DNA of 64,000 nucleotides from Octopus bimaculoides (taxonomy: Eukaryota), in the NCBI RefSeq assembly GCF_001194135.2, contig NC_069001.1, positions 39,295,211-39,359,210 on the forward strand. Direction: 5' to 3'. A program made the translations under genes and the position numbers. This document shows, piece by piece, positions 25,781 to 38,553 of this stretch (the stretch's first letter is position 1; every line of letters begins with the position of its first letter). A model generated the notes under the pieces. The model was not told the origin of the DNA. It searched no databases and worked only from the letters and a program-made list of their open reading frames with translations.

Positions 25781-27041
25781 CGTATGCATATATTAACGCA
25801 TGTATGTATGCTAGTATGTATGTATAATGAAAGTATTATGTAGAACTACACACACACGTACACACACACACATATACTTGACTATATTTGTATGAATATA
25901 TAAGCATAAATAAATCTGGGAGTGTATGAATGCCTGCATGCAGCTAATTATGTATTTCTATAAACATCACGTGAAAGGTTAAACTAAAACTCAAAGCAAA
26001 ATGAGATAAAAATATCTTCGTTTTCATTTTTGTTTATGCATATTATCTTGTTAGGTCTCTTTGTTCTTTCGCTCGCCAAAATTAGTAAATATGTGTAAAT
26101 AACAAAATTTCAAATAGAATTATATCTACATATCTGTATCTATCTATCTATCTATCTATCTATCTGTCTATCTATATATCTTTCAGTCTCTCTCTAATAT
26201 GTACGATTGTTGTATTCTAGCATTCGATAAAACAATTCCGACCGCCATCATTCTCAGCGTTGCTCCGTTGTGTTCTTACACGCTTTGCTAATGTTATTTG
26301 TTTTCCCCTGTACCGTATTCTCACTGGTCTAATTTTACCGACCAACGTCCTACCGCTTTAGCTACTTGATGCAATGTCTGCGGGGGATTTCTGGGCAGAA
26401 CAAAAACTAATATCCATAACTAAAGTTGAAGACAGCGGAAATGACATTTATCCGAGTTTCTAGAATGGGATTTTTACGTGTATACAGCAATTATGTGTAT
26501 ATAGACATATATTAGTATAGATGTGGAAACACACCCTGGAGTAGGCATGGAAAGTAATTATGATCTTTAGGGAAAATACGATTATTGAATTTGTGTAATA
26601 GGTCTTGAGTGTAAACAGAATAATTGAATGAAATATCGCAATTTTATTAACCTAGATGTTTTGGATTTGAGCTTTTCAAAGAGAATTTATAAGATGTTCA
26701 CACTTTCTCCCATACAGCATTTCATTTGCTAAGCAGAACCTCATATTACTAATGGAAGCTGTACAGAAACGCTTCGAAATGGTGAATTGTAATACATTAG
26801 GCTATTGTGTTGTAATCTATACATCTTCACCAAGAACAACTTATGTTTATTCCGTTGAATATAAATGTGTATCCGTGTCTAGGAGTGTGAGTGTGTTCGT
26901 ATCAATCGGGTTATGAAGGCGTATGTCTTTCAGTGTGTGTAAATGCGGTAGGCGGTTGGTTTATGTGCATTTATCTATATTCAGCAAATTACATTTTTAT
27001 GAATATTAGTGTGTGTGTGTGCATGCGCGCTCTCTCTGTGT

Positions 27042-27076
<35 letters not shown>

Positions 27077-28068
27077 NNNNNNNNNNNNNNNNNNNNNNNN
27101 NNNNNNNNNNNNNNNNNNNNNNNNNNNNNNNNNNNNNNNNNNNNNNNNNNNNNNNNNNNNNNNNNNNNNNNNNNNNNNNNNNNNNNNNNNNNNNNNNNNN
27201 NNNNNNNNNNNNNNNNNNNNNNNNNNNNNNNNNNNNNNNNNNNNNNNNNNNNNNNNNNNNNNNNNNNNNNNNNNNNNNNNNNNNNNNNNNNNNNNNNNNN
27301 NNNNNNNNNNNNNNNNNNNNNNNNNNNNNNNNNNNNNNNNNNNNNNNNNNNNNNNNNNNNNNNNNNNNNNNNNNNNNNNNNNNNNNNNNNNNNNNNNNNN
27401 NNNNNNNNNNNNNNNNNNNNNNNNNNNNNNNNNNNNNNNNNNNNNNNNNNNNNNNNNNNNNNNNNNNNNNNNNNNNNNNNNNNNNNNNNNNNNNNNNNNN
27501 NNNNNNNNNNNNNNNNNNNNNNNNNNNNNNNNNNNNNNNNNNNNNNNNNNNNNNNNNNNNNNNNNNNNNNNNNNNNNNNNNNNNNNNNNNNNNNNNNNNN
27601 NNNNNNNNNNNNNNNNNNNNNNNNNNNNNNNNNNNNNNNNNNNNNNNNNNNNNNNNNNNNNNNNNNNNACACACACACACACAGGAAGAGAGAGTGAATG
27701 AATGAAAAGGATATGATGAAATGAAGTCTCAAGTTAGTCGTAGCAGAAAATGGTAAAAACACTGGGGACTCGGCCTAAAAAATATTCCGTTCAGTCGAAA
27801 TTTTGAGAAAGATTTTCTTATACCAAAGAAAAGAAGCATTATGTTCTCAAAATTCTGAAATAAATTCTTACTTTTTATGTCCCCAACAAAAAACGTATTC
27901 TTCTTTGGCTTCTTTTCTTAGTTTGTGTAGCAATGAATTCTTGGTTGAATTTGCTAGGCGCAAGGCTAAGACATCTCTTTAGCTTGAATTTAGGACTGAT
28001 GTTAATCTTTATTTGAATGACAATAGCCAGACAGCGAAAGAGAGATATGTATAAAGAGAAAAAGAGGG

Positions 28069-28071
<3 letters not shown>

Positions 28072-28135
<64 letters not shown>
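28072..28135. repeat. (GA)n microsatellite
   Basis: Visible. Confidence 0.98.
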
Positions 28136-28138
<3 letters not shown>

Positions 28139-28620
28139 AAGTGAGTACTCAGAACAGAAGTACCCGGACATTTGAGTCTTAATATGAGCTAATAGCTTTG
28201 TTTATAAATTCAGCGAAATAGCTGACGCGACGCGAACCTTGACTGTTCCAGAATGTATTGCACCTCTGGATCGAGTATGTTATGAATATATCAATCATCG
28301 TAAAAACGAAAATATGATTTCCTATGACGTGAACAACAAAGATGAGCATAAATGCGTTCAAATCTGTCTGAAGGTCTTAATATTAAGGATAAATATGAGA
28401 TCCATCGTTTCAGATCTCAGCAATCACAGTGCAAATTACACACATACAGACACACACATACAGACACACACATATATATTAAGTGAGGGAGAAAGAAGCA
28501 GCTGTAATGTTGAGCATGCGTAGTATTAATAGGAAAGAGAATTATTAATGCTGCGCATGCTCACCATTTCAGCTGCACCTTTTGTTTATCACCGCCAGCA
28601 TCATCATCGTGATACACACT

Positions 28621-28660
<40 letters not shown>

Positions 28661-28814
28661 CAGGTACACACGAACACACATTTACGTATATGTACTTATA
28701 TTTAATGGAATATACACATGTGTATATTCACACGCAAGTGTTTCTCTGAGTATGTAAATATACAATTGTACTCTTTAATTTCTGTGTATGTCCACATATA
28801 GGGAAATATGCTCT

Positions 28815-28850
<36 letters not shown>

Positions 28851-29755
28851 CACACACACCCACACACGAAATGCCAATTTACGAAAGTAATGACCCGTAA
28901 TATTTTGTAGATATATACACACGCACATGCACAGATGATTGTGTGCGTAGGTCTGTATGTGTGTACGTATATATTTAAATATGTGTGAGCATTTGTATGT
29001 AAATGTGTAGCTTAGTGCGTGTGTATGTGCAGCGTTTTCTCTCGCCGCGACCACGTGTGCGTGTGTATATATATGTGCATATGGATATGTGTGTATGTAT
29101 AGGCGTATATATGTGTATGGATAGTTATGTATATGTGTATTCAATACATTTCTGAGTGTTGAATAGAGTTGAATACCTCAGAATTGGTCATTTAATTTAG
29201 TGAAAGGAAACATTTCGAGACAGAATTACTGTATCAATAGTTGTGTGATGTTTATATAATGTATAATACCGAAGTAATAGAGGATAAAATATACAACAGT
29301 CGGACTAATGTAATATACAATGTACCGCTTGAAACACAATAAGCTATTTAACGAGAGGCTGACTCTAAAAACAATCTCTCTCTCTCTTCCACTCTCTGTC
29401 CCTCTCACTCTCTGTCTCTCTCCTGTCCCTCAGTAAATAACAAACATTGTCATGGAGAGAATCTTAATTATTTTTCGGTTCTGTATTTTGAGTATTTACT
29501 TTGGCAAAGTGTCCCTCTTGGCAATATTCCAGTGAAATCCTAGAAATGTTGGCGTGAAGGTATTAGAATATTTAAAAATATTTAAAAAAAGAAAACCCTT
29601 TATGTGTAGAAAGCAATGAAATTATTTAAATAAACCAGTTTTAATATGGAACAATATTTAATGGAATTGAAGCCAAAATTATGGCTCAGACTAAGACACC
29701 GAAAATCCCCGCATTTAGCTGTGTAGTGTGTATGTAGTTAAGTATACATCATGCA

Positions 29756-29793
<38 letters not shown>

Positions 29794-31693
29794 NNNNNNN
29801 NNNNNNNNNNNNNNNNNNNNNNNNNNNNNNNNNNNNNNNNNNNNNNNNNNNNNNNNNNNNNNNNNNNNNNNNNNNNNNNNNNNNNNNNNNNNNNNNNNNN
29901 NNNNNNNNNNNNNNNNNNNNNNNNNNNNNNNNNNNNNNNNNNNNNNNNNNNNNNNNNNNNNNNNNNNNNNNNNNNNNNNNNNNNNNNNNNNNNNNNNNNN
30001 NNNNNNNNNNNNNNNNNNNNNNNNNNNNNNNNNNNNNNNNNNNNNNNNNNNNNNNNNNNNNNNNNNNNNNNNNNNNNNNNNNNNNNNNNNNNNNNNNNNN
30101 NNNNNNNNNNNNNNNNNNNNNNNNNNNNNNNNNNNNNNNNNNNNNNNNNNNNNNTATACATACATATAAGATTTGTTTAAATGATTGCAAGACAACTACA
30201 AGATGTTTCATAGGCACTCAGCTCTGGGTAGACGCAGGCTTACTTATAAAAGACACAAATGTAAACCAATGAAATGGATTACCTAACTCCTGTTGTTTTG
30301 TCATTCATTAATTGATGTAAAACTCTGTATTGATCTGGCGGGTTATTGTAAAGTATAACTACATTAAGTTGTAACCACTGATTATTATTATCACTATACC
30401 CATACAAATACATATTTGTCGATGAAGAACTGAATGCAAATGTGGAGCGCAATAATTCATTTAAGCCGGCTCCGTGGTCTGTTACGCCGGAGTTTCGAGG
30501 GCATGTGGCCACTTTTCAGAGAGGTCAAATTGGTCGAAAAGACACGTTACACCAGACCAAATGTGGTTGCAATGCAGTGGATACTGTTCACTACCCTCGA
30601 AATTCTGTTTTACCCCCAGAGCATGGCACAAATCATTGCCGCACACTGGGATCGATCTTCATATTCATTTTGTTGCAAACCTATTATGTCAAGCGAAATT
30701 GCAATGACTGCACCCAGTTAAAAGAAGAGGTTTCTTTTGTAATTGTTTCTTTTGTAATTGAGTCTAAAACATTAGAACGATTGTGAATGAAACGCTCAAG
30801 GGGGGAATTGGTGGTGTTGATGATATTTTACGAACGTCTATTGCTACAGGGAATAGCATTTGACAATGTCTAGAGACATTCAACTGACATGAAAGCCACC
30901 TTTAACGAGATCAAATGAATGTTTACAAGCTGAAACATTGACGTACTCTGTGTATTTCAACCACTTCTGAATAAGACCTGAACTGAAGACAAAGAAGCGA
31001 GGCGGACAGTTCTGAAATGGTGTCGGTATAACATTCAGTCAGTTGGAGAAGCGAATAAATGGAGAAACGAATAAAGTTGATTAGATCAAGGGAATGTGCT
31101 TTGGTGGAGGTCATAAGTTCGCCTCACAAACATGTTGCATTCCGCACTAAATATTCCACGATAGTTTCTCTAGCATTCAACCGATTTTCTCATCTGTTGC
31201 CCTCCCCTTTATAATTATAACAATAAAAACTACATTAATATAATTAATATTATTAAAATTAATGGCTCTCTTAACATTATTGTTTCTATTTGTGTTGTGA
31301 ATATTCATACGAAGTAACTTACTATCAATTATTGACTTCGTACAGTGAAATATATGACTGGCATTAGGTTTAGGTATTTATTTATCTCTGTATGTATGCA
31401 TAAATAAATATATACATATCTATGTATCTATTTGTGTGTACATATACACAAACACACATACATATATAAATATATATGTGTGTATACATGTATATCGCCA
31501 ACATCGTGCATACAGACACACATATATATCTGAATGTGTAGGTATGTATACATTTACATGTATATGTATACACGTTTATATATGTATACGCATATATACA
31601 CAAATGTGTACATATACAAATATATCATACACACACACACATACAATATAAAGTATAACAGTATCTTTTCCTCTGCATATTCTCTCTTTATTT

Positions 31694-31790
31694 GTCTAAT
31701 ATTAATTTTCTTTTCCTTTTTAGGTAAGTTAATTTGCCATTTTTCTCCCTATACAACTCGAAGACGAAGTTTATTCCCTCAGGTAAGATA
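31694..31790 (+). other. Candidate recursive splice site with 59-nt RS/cryptic exon (31724-31782)
   Basis: GTCTAAT (A at 31699), long pyrimidine tract, TTTTAG|GTAAGT at 31723/31724, second donor TCAG|GTAAGA at 31782/31783. Stops in two frames, and 59 nt is frame-shifting. Confidence 0.6.
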
Positions 31791-32339
31791 AGTGTATACA
31801 CATACACACACTCATACACACACACTCACATACATACACACTCACACACATGTATGTATATATATATATATATATAGATAGATAGATATTTATGATTACA
31901 TGTATATATACAACCACACACACACACTCATTCACACACATATATTCATGATTAATATAATTTCCTTATTTCAATTATTCTAGCACAATGAGGAACATTT
32001 GCTAAATTATAGCAGATGAAATGTCAGTTGATGTTTGAGGAAGCGGGTGAGAGAAGGAAAGAAAGAAAGAAAGAATGTTGTGGGCGTTTGTGATCGAGAG
32101 AGAGAGGTGCGGGAGTGAGAGGGAGAGAGAGAGGGGGGAGTTGGATGTGAGGCCAGTAATGGAATAATGCATAAAAGGAAGGGAATTTAATTGTAAAATA
32201 GTTGGGGCATCAGCGGGGAATTAGGTGCATCGATCTAGGCGGGTGAGTTGTGATTCATCCGATTGGTTTTTGTAAGAAAATAGTTGGGTGGAAATAAGGG
32301 AAAGAAAATGTAATGCTCGTCTGATAATAGCTTCCCGGT

Positions 32340-32385
32340 GAACTGCTATTGGTCGACAAGAAATGGCGTGGAAACGGAAGTCATT
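32340..32385. promoter_or_regulatory. Candidate promoter/enhancer motif cluster (CCAAT box, YY1-like, ETS-like)
   Basis: ATTGG 32348-32352, AAATGGCG 32361-32368 and CGGAAGT 32375-32381 lie within 35 bp; another GATTGG is at 32261. Confidence 0.3.
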
Positions 32386-32619
32386 CACATTTATGGACTC
32401 GATTTGACTGGTTGATCGGATAAGCGAATTAAAATATTTGTGCGATTTAAAACCATTTAAGCAAGCAGGAAGTCTCTAGTTCAGAATGGCATTTTTGAAA
32501 TGCATGATTGAAAATTGTTCGTGATTCAGAAATGCAAACTACATTTAGACTGTAAGAATGGGAGAGAGAAACTATTCCTCACTTTGCCATATATGGCAAA
32601 GGGAAACTATTCCTCACTT

Positions 32620-33062
32620 GACGAATCAGATTGAGAGTTCCCTTGTCGTTTGACGAGAATTTGGTTTAATCGCTCTTAATCGAACTCAACTGGACGGCCA
32701 GAACGAGGTGCGTCTTTGAGGTCAAAATTTCCATTTTTAAACCTGGCATACCAATCACGACCGGTTCTTTCAGCCATGGCACCCTCTCCATACACAGCAC
32801 AAATGTCGCAAGCAGCTTTTGCAGCCTTAGAACCTTGATTAAAAGCAAAATGAAGGAGGTGTCGAAAATGCTCGTTTTTCTTAACTTGACATTCCATCTT
32901 AATGACCTGAAAATAAACAAAAATTAACTAAAATTTAACTAGAAAAAAAACAAAACAAAAAGCAAAATAGATTCCAAGATGATTCAAAAATAGAATTCTC
33001 GAAGAAAAAAATAGATTCCAAAATTTAAAAAAAAAACGGCGGGAACTTAGTTGCCAACCCAA
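32620..33062 (-). mobile_element. Mariner transposon 5' part (TIR + N-terminal HTH of transposase), 3'-truncated
   Basis: TA|TTGGGTTGGCAACTAAGTTCCCGCCG terminal repeat at 33037-33062. ORF 32676-32897 MECQVKKNEHFRHLL..AVYGEGAM..WYARFKNGNFDLKDAPRSGRP is a mariner HTH with the RSGRP linker. Confidence 0.92.
32676..32897 (-). pseudogene. Mariner transposase N-terminal fragment (73 aa, then TAA)
   Basis: Translation as above. It continues *ERLNQ and breaks off, and no DD34D domain is present. Confidence 0.88.
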
Positions 33063-33689
33063 TATATTAAACTGTTCATTCCACCGAACATTTGAAGGAT
33101 AGAGTTATTCCTCTTGTGAATATATTTTGTTTTTCAAACGTTAATATTTCCCAATGCAGGAGTTTTATTATGGAAGCCAATCTTTTTCTGATTTATTTGA
33201 ACTCAACTGTTCTCTGAAATCTTAAATTGAGTTACTCCAAATATTTCAGATTTTCTCCTATTGATTGATCTGTCGGAGGTCACCACGATACTCCTTCACC
33301 CTTTTCTACCCCATTTTACAATTTTCTATGCTACCTACTTTATGGACGCACACACACACATACACGCTCATGCACACACGAATGATTGAACAAACGAAAG
33401 AAAGTAGTACCGAACATATTTAGTAGAAATTACATATTTTTAATAGCAGTTTGACTCAGCTTAAAGTTTCTCGGATGAGTATAGACAGACAGACAGACGG
33501 ACAAGCATAGAGTGGGATGTTTCCCTTAACAACTTGGGAGACGAAACTAAAGCAATGATGACTGCCAATGCTTTCAACATTATCAAACGTTTCTATCACG
33601 CTTTCTCAAACACTGAGTTCTGTGTGTTTAGTGCTATCCCTATTCCATTACAATAGGTGTGTTAAGTTTATTCCTACTGACACACACAT

Positions 33690-33740
<51 letters not shown>

Positions 33741-34514
33741 CGCATACACACACATATGTAAGTTGTTTTCCCTGTATATAATTTTATTTACGTGTTTGTT
33801 TGTAATTGCTTTACTATTAAGTTTGATCTTTGACACGATAAAGGTTGCCATAAATGTGTACTTAAATGCTAAACTGCATCTCGATAGCGGTAGTTATATT
33901 GGTCTGTAACATTTGAGTCGTCGTCTCGCCATATTTTTATTATAAAGAAGCGCTTTTGATCTCAGTGAATAAATAGATTCGGAAGAAATCCGTGATGATG
34001 GCCGCTGTCAAATACCAAATACACCGAACATAAAAACAAAGCTACAGAATTGAATAAATTAGTTTTCTGCCAGAAATCTGAAGCGACACGTTAAAGTTCT
34101 CCTCTCCCTTTCGATATAAACGTTTATTCCAGTTTGTGGTTTTTCATTTTAGCTTTCTCTGGTTTCATTTCATTTACGGCAATTACTGGAGACGCTGATT
34201 TTAACAACGTCAAACAACAGAATCCAGAGAATCGGTTTTCGGTGCTGTTTGATTGAACTAAAATTAATTCGAGGCAGCACATAGCAGATCCTGGAATGAA
34301 TAGACATGGTAAGGGGTTAACGATAGATGTTCAATAGGCAGAAAATAATGAAAATCAATACTTATCGAAATGAGAAGTCGCCCTTCAATGAAACAGTCAA
34401 TACATCAAATATGTTCGATCACCATGACAATCAATCAGATTTATCCAAAACTCGTCAAATTCGTAATTTCTCCCGAAAGAGACAAAAGATGGCCAAGTAA
34501 TCTATGCATTCGCT

Positions 34515-34625
34515 TGACCTCCTAAAACTAGCAGCTAAATCTCTCGCATCTCACACTTTATCGTGAAATGATGGAGAGAATGTTATGTTTGGATAGTGTG
34601 AAGTTACATAGACTGTATCAAAACC
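34515..34625 (-). mobile_element. Family D repeat fragment
   Basis: gcttgacctcctaaaactagcagctaaatctctc is the reverse complement of the family D motif. Confidence 0.5.
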
Positions 34626-34744
34626 CCAAAGACGCGATGATCAATACTGGAATGTCTCCATCATAGTTCTACGTGATCAGTATTTACCGATGGTCAACAA
34701 ACCCTGCCTACTTATATATCATTCGCCATGATAGATCGCTAGCC

Positions 34745-34900
34745 ACGAAACCTTTTTTCTATTTTCTCTCCCTGTTTCTTTCTGTGTTCCTTTCTGTCGA
34801 AGAGCGAAGGGTCGAAACGTAAAAGACTTTCTCACTTCCCAAGCGTTAAAATAATATTTGTTTGTTGTTTACTCACCCGTCTTCGTTTTTCTGTTTTTTT
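34745..34900 (+). mobile_element. PLE-type interspersed repeat, copy 2, with hammerhead-like motif
   Basis: ctttCTGTCGAAGAGCGAAGGGTCGAAACGTAAAAGActttc; homologous to 2020-2172. Confidence 0.6.
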
Positions 34901-34926
34901 TTGTTTTTTTTTTTGTAAATTCTCAC

Positions 34927-34961
<35 letters not shown>

Positions 34962-36239
34962 GCACACAATGATATATATGTATTCATATGTATACATACG
35001 TATGTACATGCAAACAAACACACATACACACTTATAGAGCTGTCGGATCTCTACGGAAAATGCCGTAAACAAATGAATGCTCACGTGCCAAATAAATTTC
35101 CCGGAATTGGCCGATAGTTTCAGCTTTCAAATTTAACAGTTTTCTAATGTTACCAATAATCACTATTTATTTCTGCTGCTAATCTTTCAAGTAGGTTGTA
35201 GCTGAAAATAATATAATCTCGCAATGAAAAATTTAATGGATGCTGAAAAATCAATGACTATAAAATATTCCTGTGGACAAACACATTTGAAGTTCTCGAC
35301 TATCAATGCCGTGCCATCATCTTAATCGCCATTTTTACGTTCTCTTGTCTATAGGCGTTGCTGCTTTTCTGTGTAGTGGTATCTACCTCCTTTTAAAAGC
35401 TACAAAAGCTGAGATATTCTATAAGCGACTGCGTATGTCGTCACCTTCTTATCCGATTCAGTGGATATTCATGATTGCGTTGGGGCAAGTACTCGGCGCT
35501 GCTTAAGGAGTTAACTCCGGTTCATTATTGCCGAAGTCATGCAAGAAATGTTAGTCTAATATGGTTTCAATAAGATTTTCTTAAATGATTATGCGTTGGT
35601 TTGGAGGAAGGTACTGGACCAAAAACCTTCAGAGATCCTCCGACGCAGAGACGCCGATAAAAATGCTATTTTGGAGGGTAATCAAGTATTTTTTAACAAA
35701 TATATCCAAATACGATAACTTATCTCTGCTATATTCCACAGTAGAGTGGTTGCTCTTGTTAACACTTTATGAAAGTCTTGAATTGAGAAAGTCTATCGAA
35801 AACTTCTTTCAAATAAGAAAATACAATCCTCTTAATATTCCTCCCAACTTCTCATTGAATGTACTTTAGAACCCCTTGTAATGTGTTTTGGAAACAATAC
35901 GATATTTTCGAAAATGTAATAAGGCCTTTGGAAATAATTTTCGTGAATCAGGATTTCGGTGCATTTTTTTGTATTTTGAAATGATTTCACTCTAATAATG
36001 TGATCGGGAATTAATTCACTGCAATATAAAAGGAAAAATGCATTTTCTTATTTTCCACAACGCATACACATATACATACACATGATATATACATACATAC
36101 TGTACTTATATATGATGTATATTATAATATAATTTATATATATTATATGTATATAGGTATAAGTATATATATATGTATGTATATGTGTATATGTATGTAT
36201 GTGTATATGTGTGTGTGGGTGTGTATGCGTGTGTATAAC

Positions 36240-36298
<59 letters not shown>

Positions 36299-38487
36299 AT
36301 ATATATGTGTATATGTATGTACACCTTTTTGCAACTTTGCGCAGGCCTCTGAGCAGTTATCTCCATGGCATTTTTCTCTGTCATGGCCAATGCGACGATC
36401 ACACGCTACACACTTTCCTGCTGTAAACAGGAGAAGTGAGCTAGAAAGTTAAAACTTAGTGCCCATGCACAGCAGAATTTAGGGTCAATCTGTGCCGGCA
36501 ACAGTTTGGATACTTATTGATCAGACCTCGTATATGTATATACAATTACGTACATACATATGTACATTCATAAAACGCACACATAAACTTTATGGTCTGT
36601 GTTTCTTGTGTTCTTATTGTACAGATTCGATGAATTGCCAATAAATTGGAGAGATCAAAGCGTTTAAAATAAGTACATCAGATAGCGCACAAGGGGTTTT
36701 ACTCGGTTAAAAATTCCGAGTGTGTGATAGCTGTTGAAATAAGGTTCCTGTGTCTGTGAGGGTATCTAAATAATAATGATTGTATAGAAAAAATAGTACA
36801 ATGACAATTATTTTATATCTGTCTACGATTATATGTCTGCATATTCCAGACATTTATTTGACAGATTTCGAAACCGCAAATAGCGTCAATTCATTTTAAA
36901 TCCAGCAGACTACGGTGACTTATAGAATATATACAATAGTATATACAATATCAACAATGGTATATTACCAGATTCAATAGAATCTATTTGGAAGTGGTAA
37001 TAAAAGTAGATCTAATGTAATATAAATATATTTGCTGTGGAGGGAAAAAAATATCTACATTTTCGATATTAACCATTTTTTATGATAAAGGATAAGAAAG
37101 CGAGAATTGACAAGGAAATCTCCACTTGCTTATTATAAAGAAGAGGTAGTTATGATAGCAGAAAGATGTAGATAGATCTGAAGTCAGTGTTGTGTTGCTG
37201 TTTATCTATGAGTCAACTGTAGTCCACCAGGCATTTGAACAAAGACTCTTCTGTTTCTCTCACTTCTCTCTTCTACGGCTACATTATTTATATAAGTTGA
37301 TAAGATTATGATTTGAGGGAGATAAGGCTGGTATTTCTAACAGAAGGATACTCTGCCATTGGCTCGTTCTCATGGAGATAATTGTGGTCTGAAATATGCG
37401 ATATGCTCTAAATGGAATATATTTCGCCTGTCGACAGGTCGATGACTTGTGGAAGCTCTTATCAAATCTCCATTGCATGTCGTTTTATAACAACCATCCT
37501 TGAAATACAGGAGAAACATAATAATTGCTTAAATGTTGAACATGTCTGGACTTAAAACGTAACGACTCTATATTTAGAATGGAAGAAAAGTTTGGTATAG
37601 ATGCAAGACAGACGGCATGGTAATGGAAATGTTTTACTTGAAATAGGAAGAATTTTGTGAAAGCATTTACTAGAAAAATTGAGATGTTAATTACGTCGGA
37701 AAATTCCATTATAGAATGGATTCTTTAAGAGTTTTTACACTCGCCGGTTTCTTCGGTTTATAGTTCCAGTCGTCATCTTCTCAAGAAAATATACTTTGAA
37801 CGTTTAAGTAAAGTTTCCTCACACGAGTACAACTCCACGTATTTACTTTTTGAAATCCAATATTTCAAACGGAAAATACTTTATATAGTTTTGTTTTCCA
37901 ATACTATTTAATTTTTGTCTAGTCCATGTTGTCATTAAAATTAGTTTAATGTTAGCAGCTATCTAATTTCAATTAGAGTTTCTCATTTAAATTAAACTTG
38001 TTTCTCACATCGGTATTGAAACGAGTAAATATTTCCCTGCTCCATAAATGTCGACAAACTTATTAACTATTTCCTATAAAACAATGATTGAAGCTAACCT
38101 GACAGTATTGAACCTTCCACCAGTTACACCTGACTACCAATTTTTACCCTTCCTTTTCACATATCAGTAGTTGTCTCACGTCCTACCAATGCTGAACAGT
38201 TGATTAATTATATATCTTTTTTCATTATTATATTGCCTGGCAGTAAAGCTAGACAGTCGCAGCCTGTTATCTTGCAAACAAACACGGAGGGTGATAATTT
38301 ATAAGTTCATGTGTTAATCAGTTAAATATTGGCTTCGCCATTCTATGACGTCATACCAAGATTCCATGTTGGATTTGCAGAGGAGAAATGTGATGCGGCG
38401 TCAGATGAATTGTTGCATTCGAACTGAATTTTTTAAAAGTTCAATCGATATTTTCTTACAATTACTAGTTATGACATATACATACCT

Positions 38488-38553
<66 letters not shown>

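Noticed and set aside
30442-30786. 114-aa ORF with DTVHYP..LPP, faintly like a Helitron/PIF1 helicase segment
   Set aside because: A single short motif with no other helicase motifs; insufficient support.
34140-34314. Possible plus-strand exon TTTTAG|...ATG|GTAAGG
   Set aside because: Splice signals are only moderate and are expected by chance in 64 kb; there is no coding signal.
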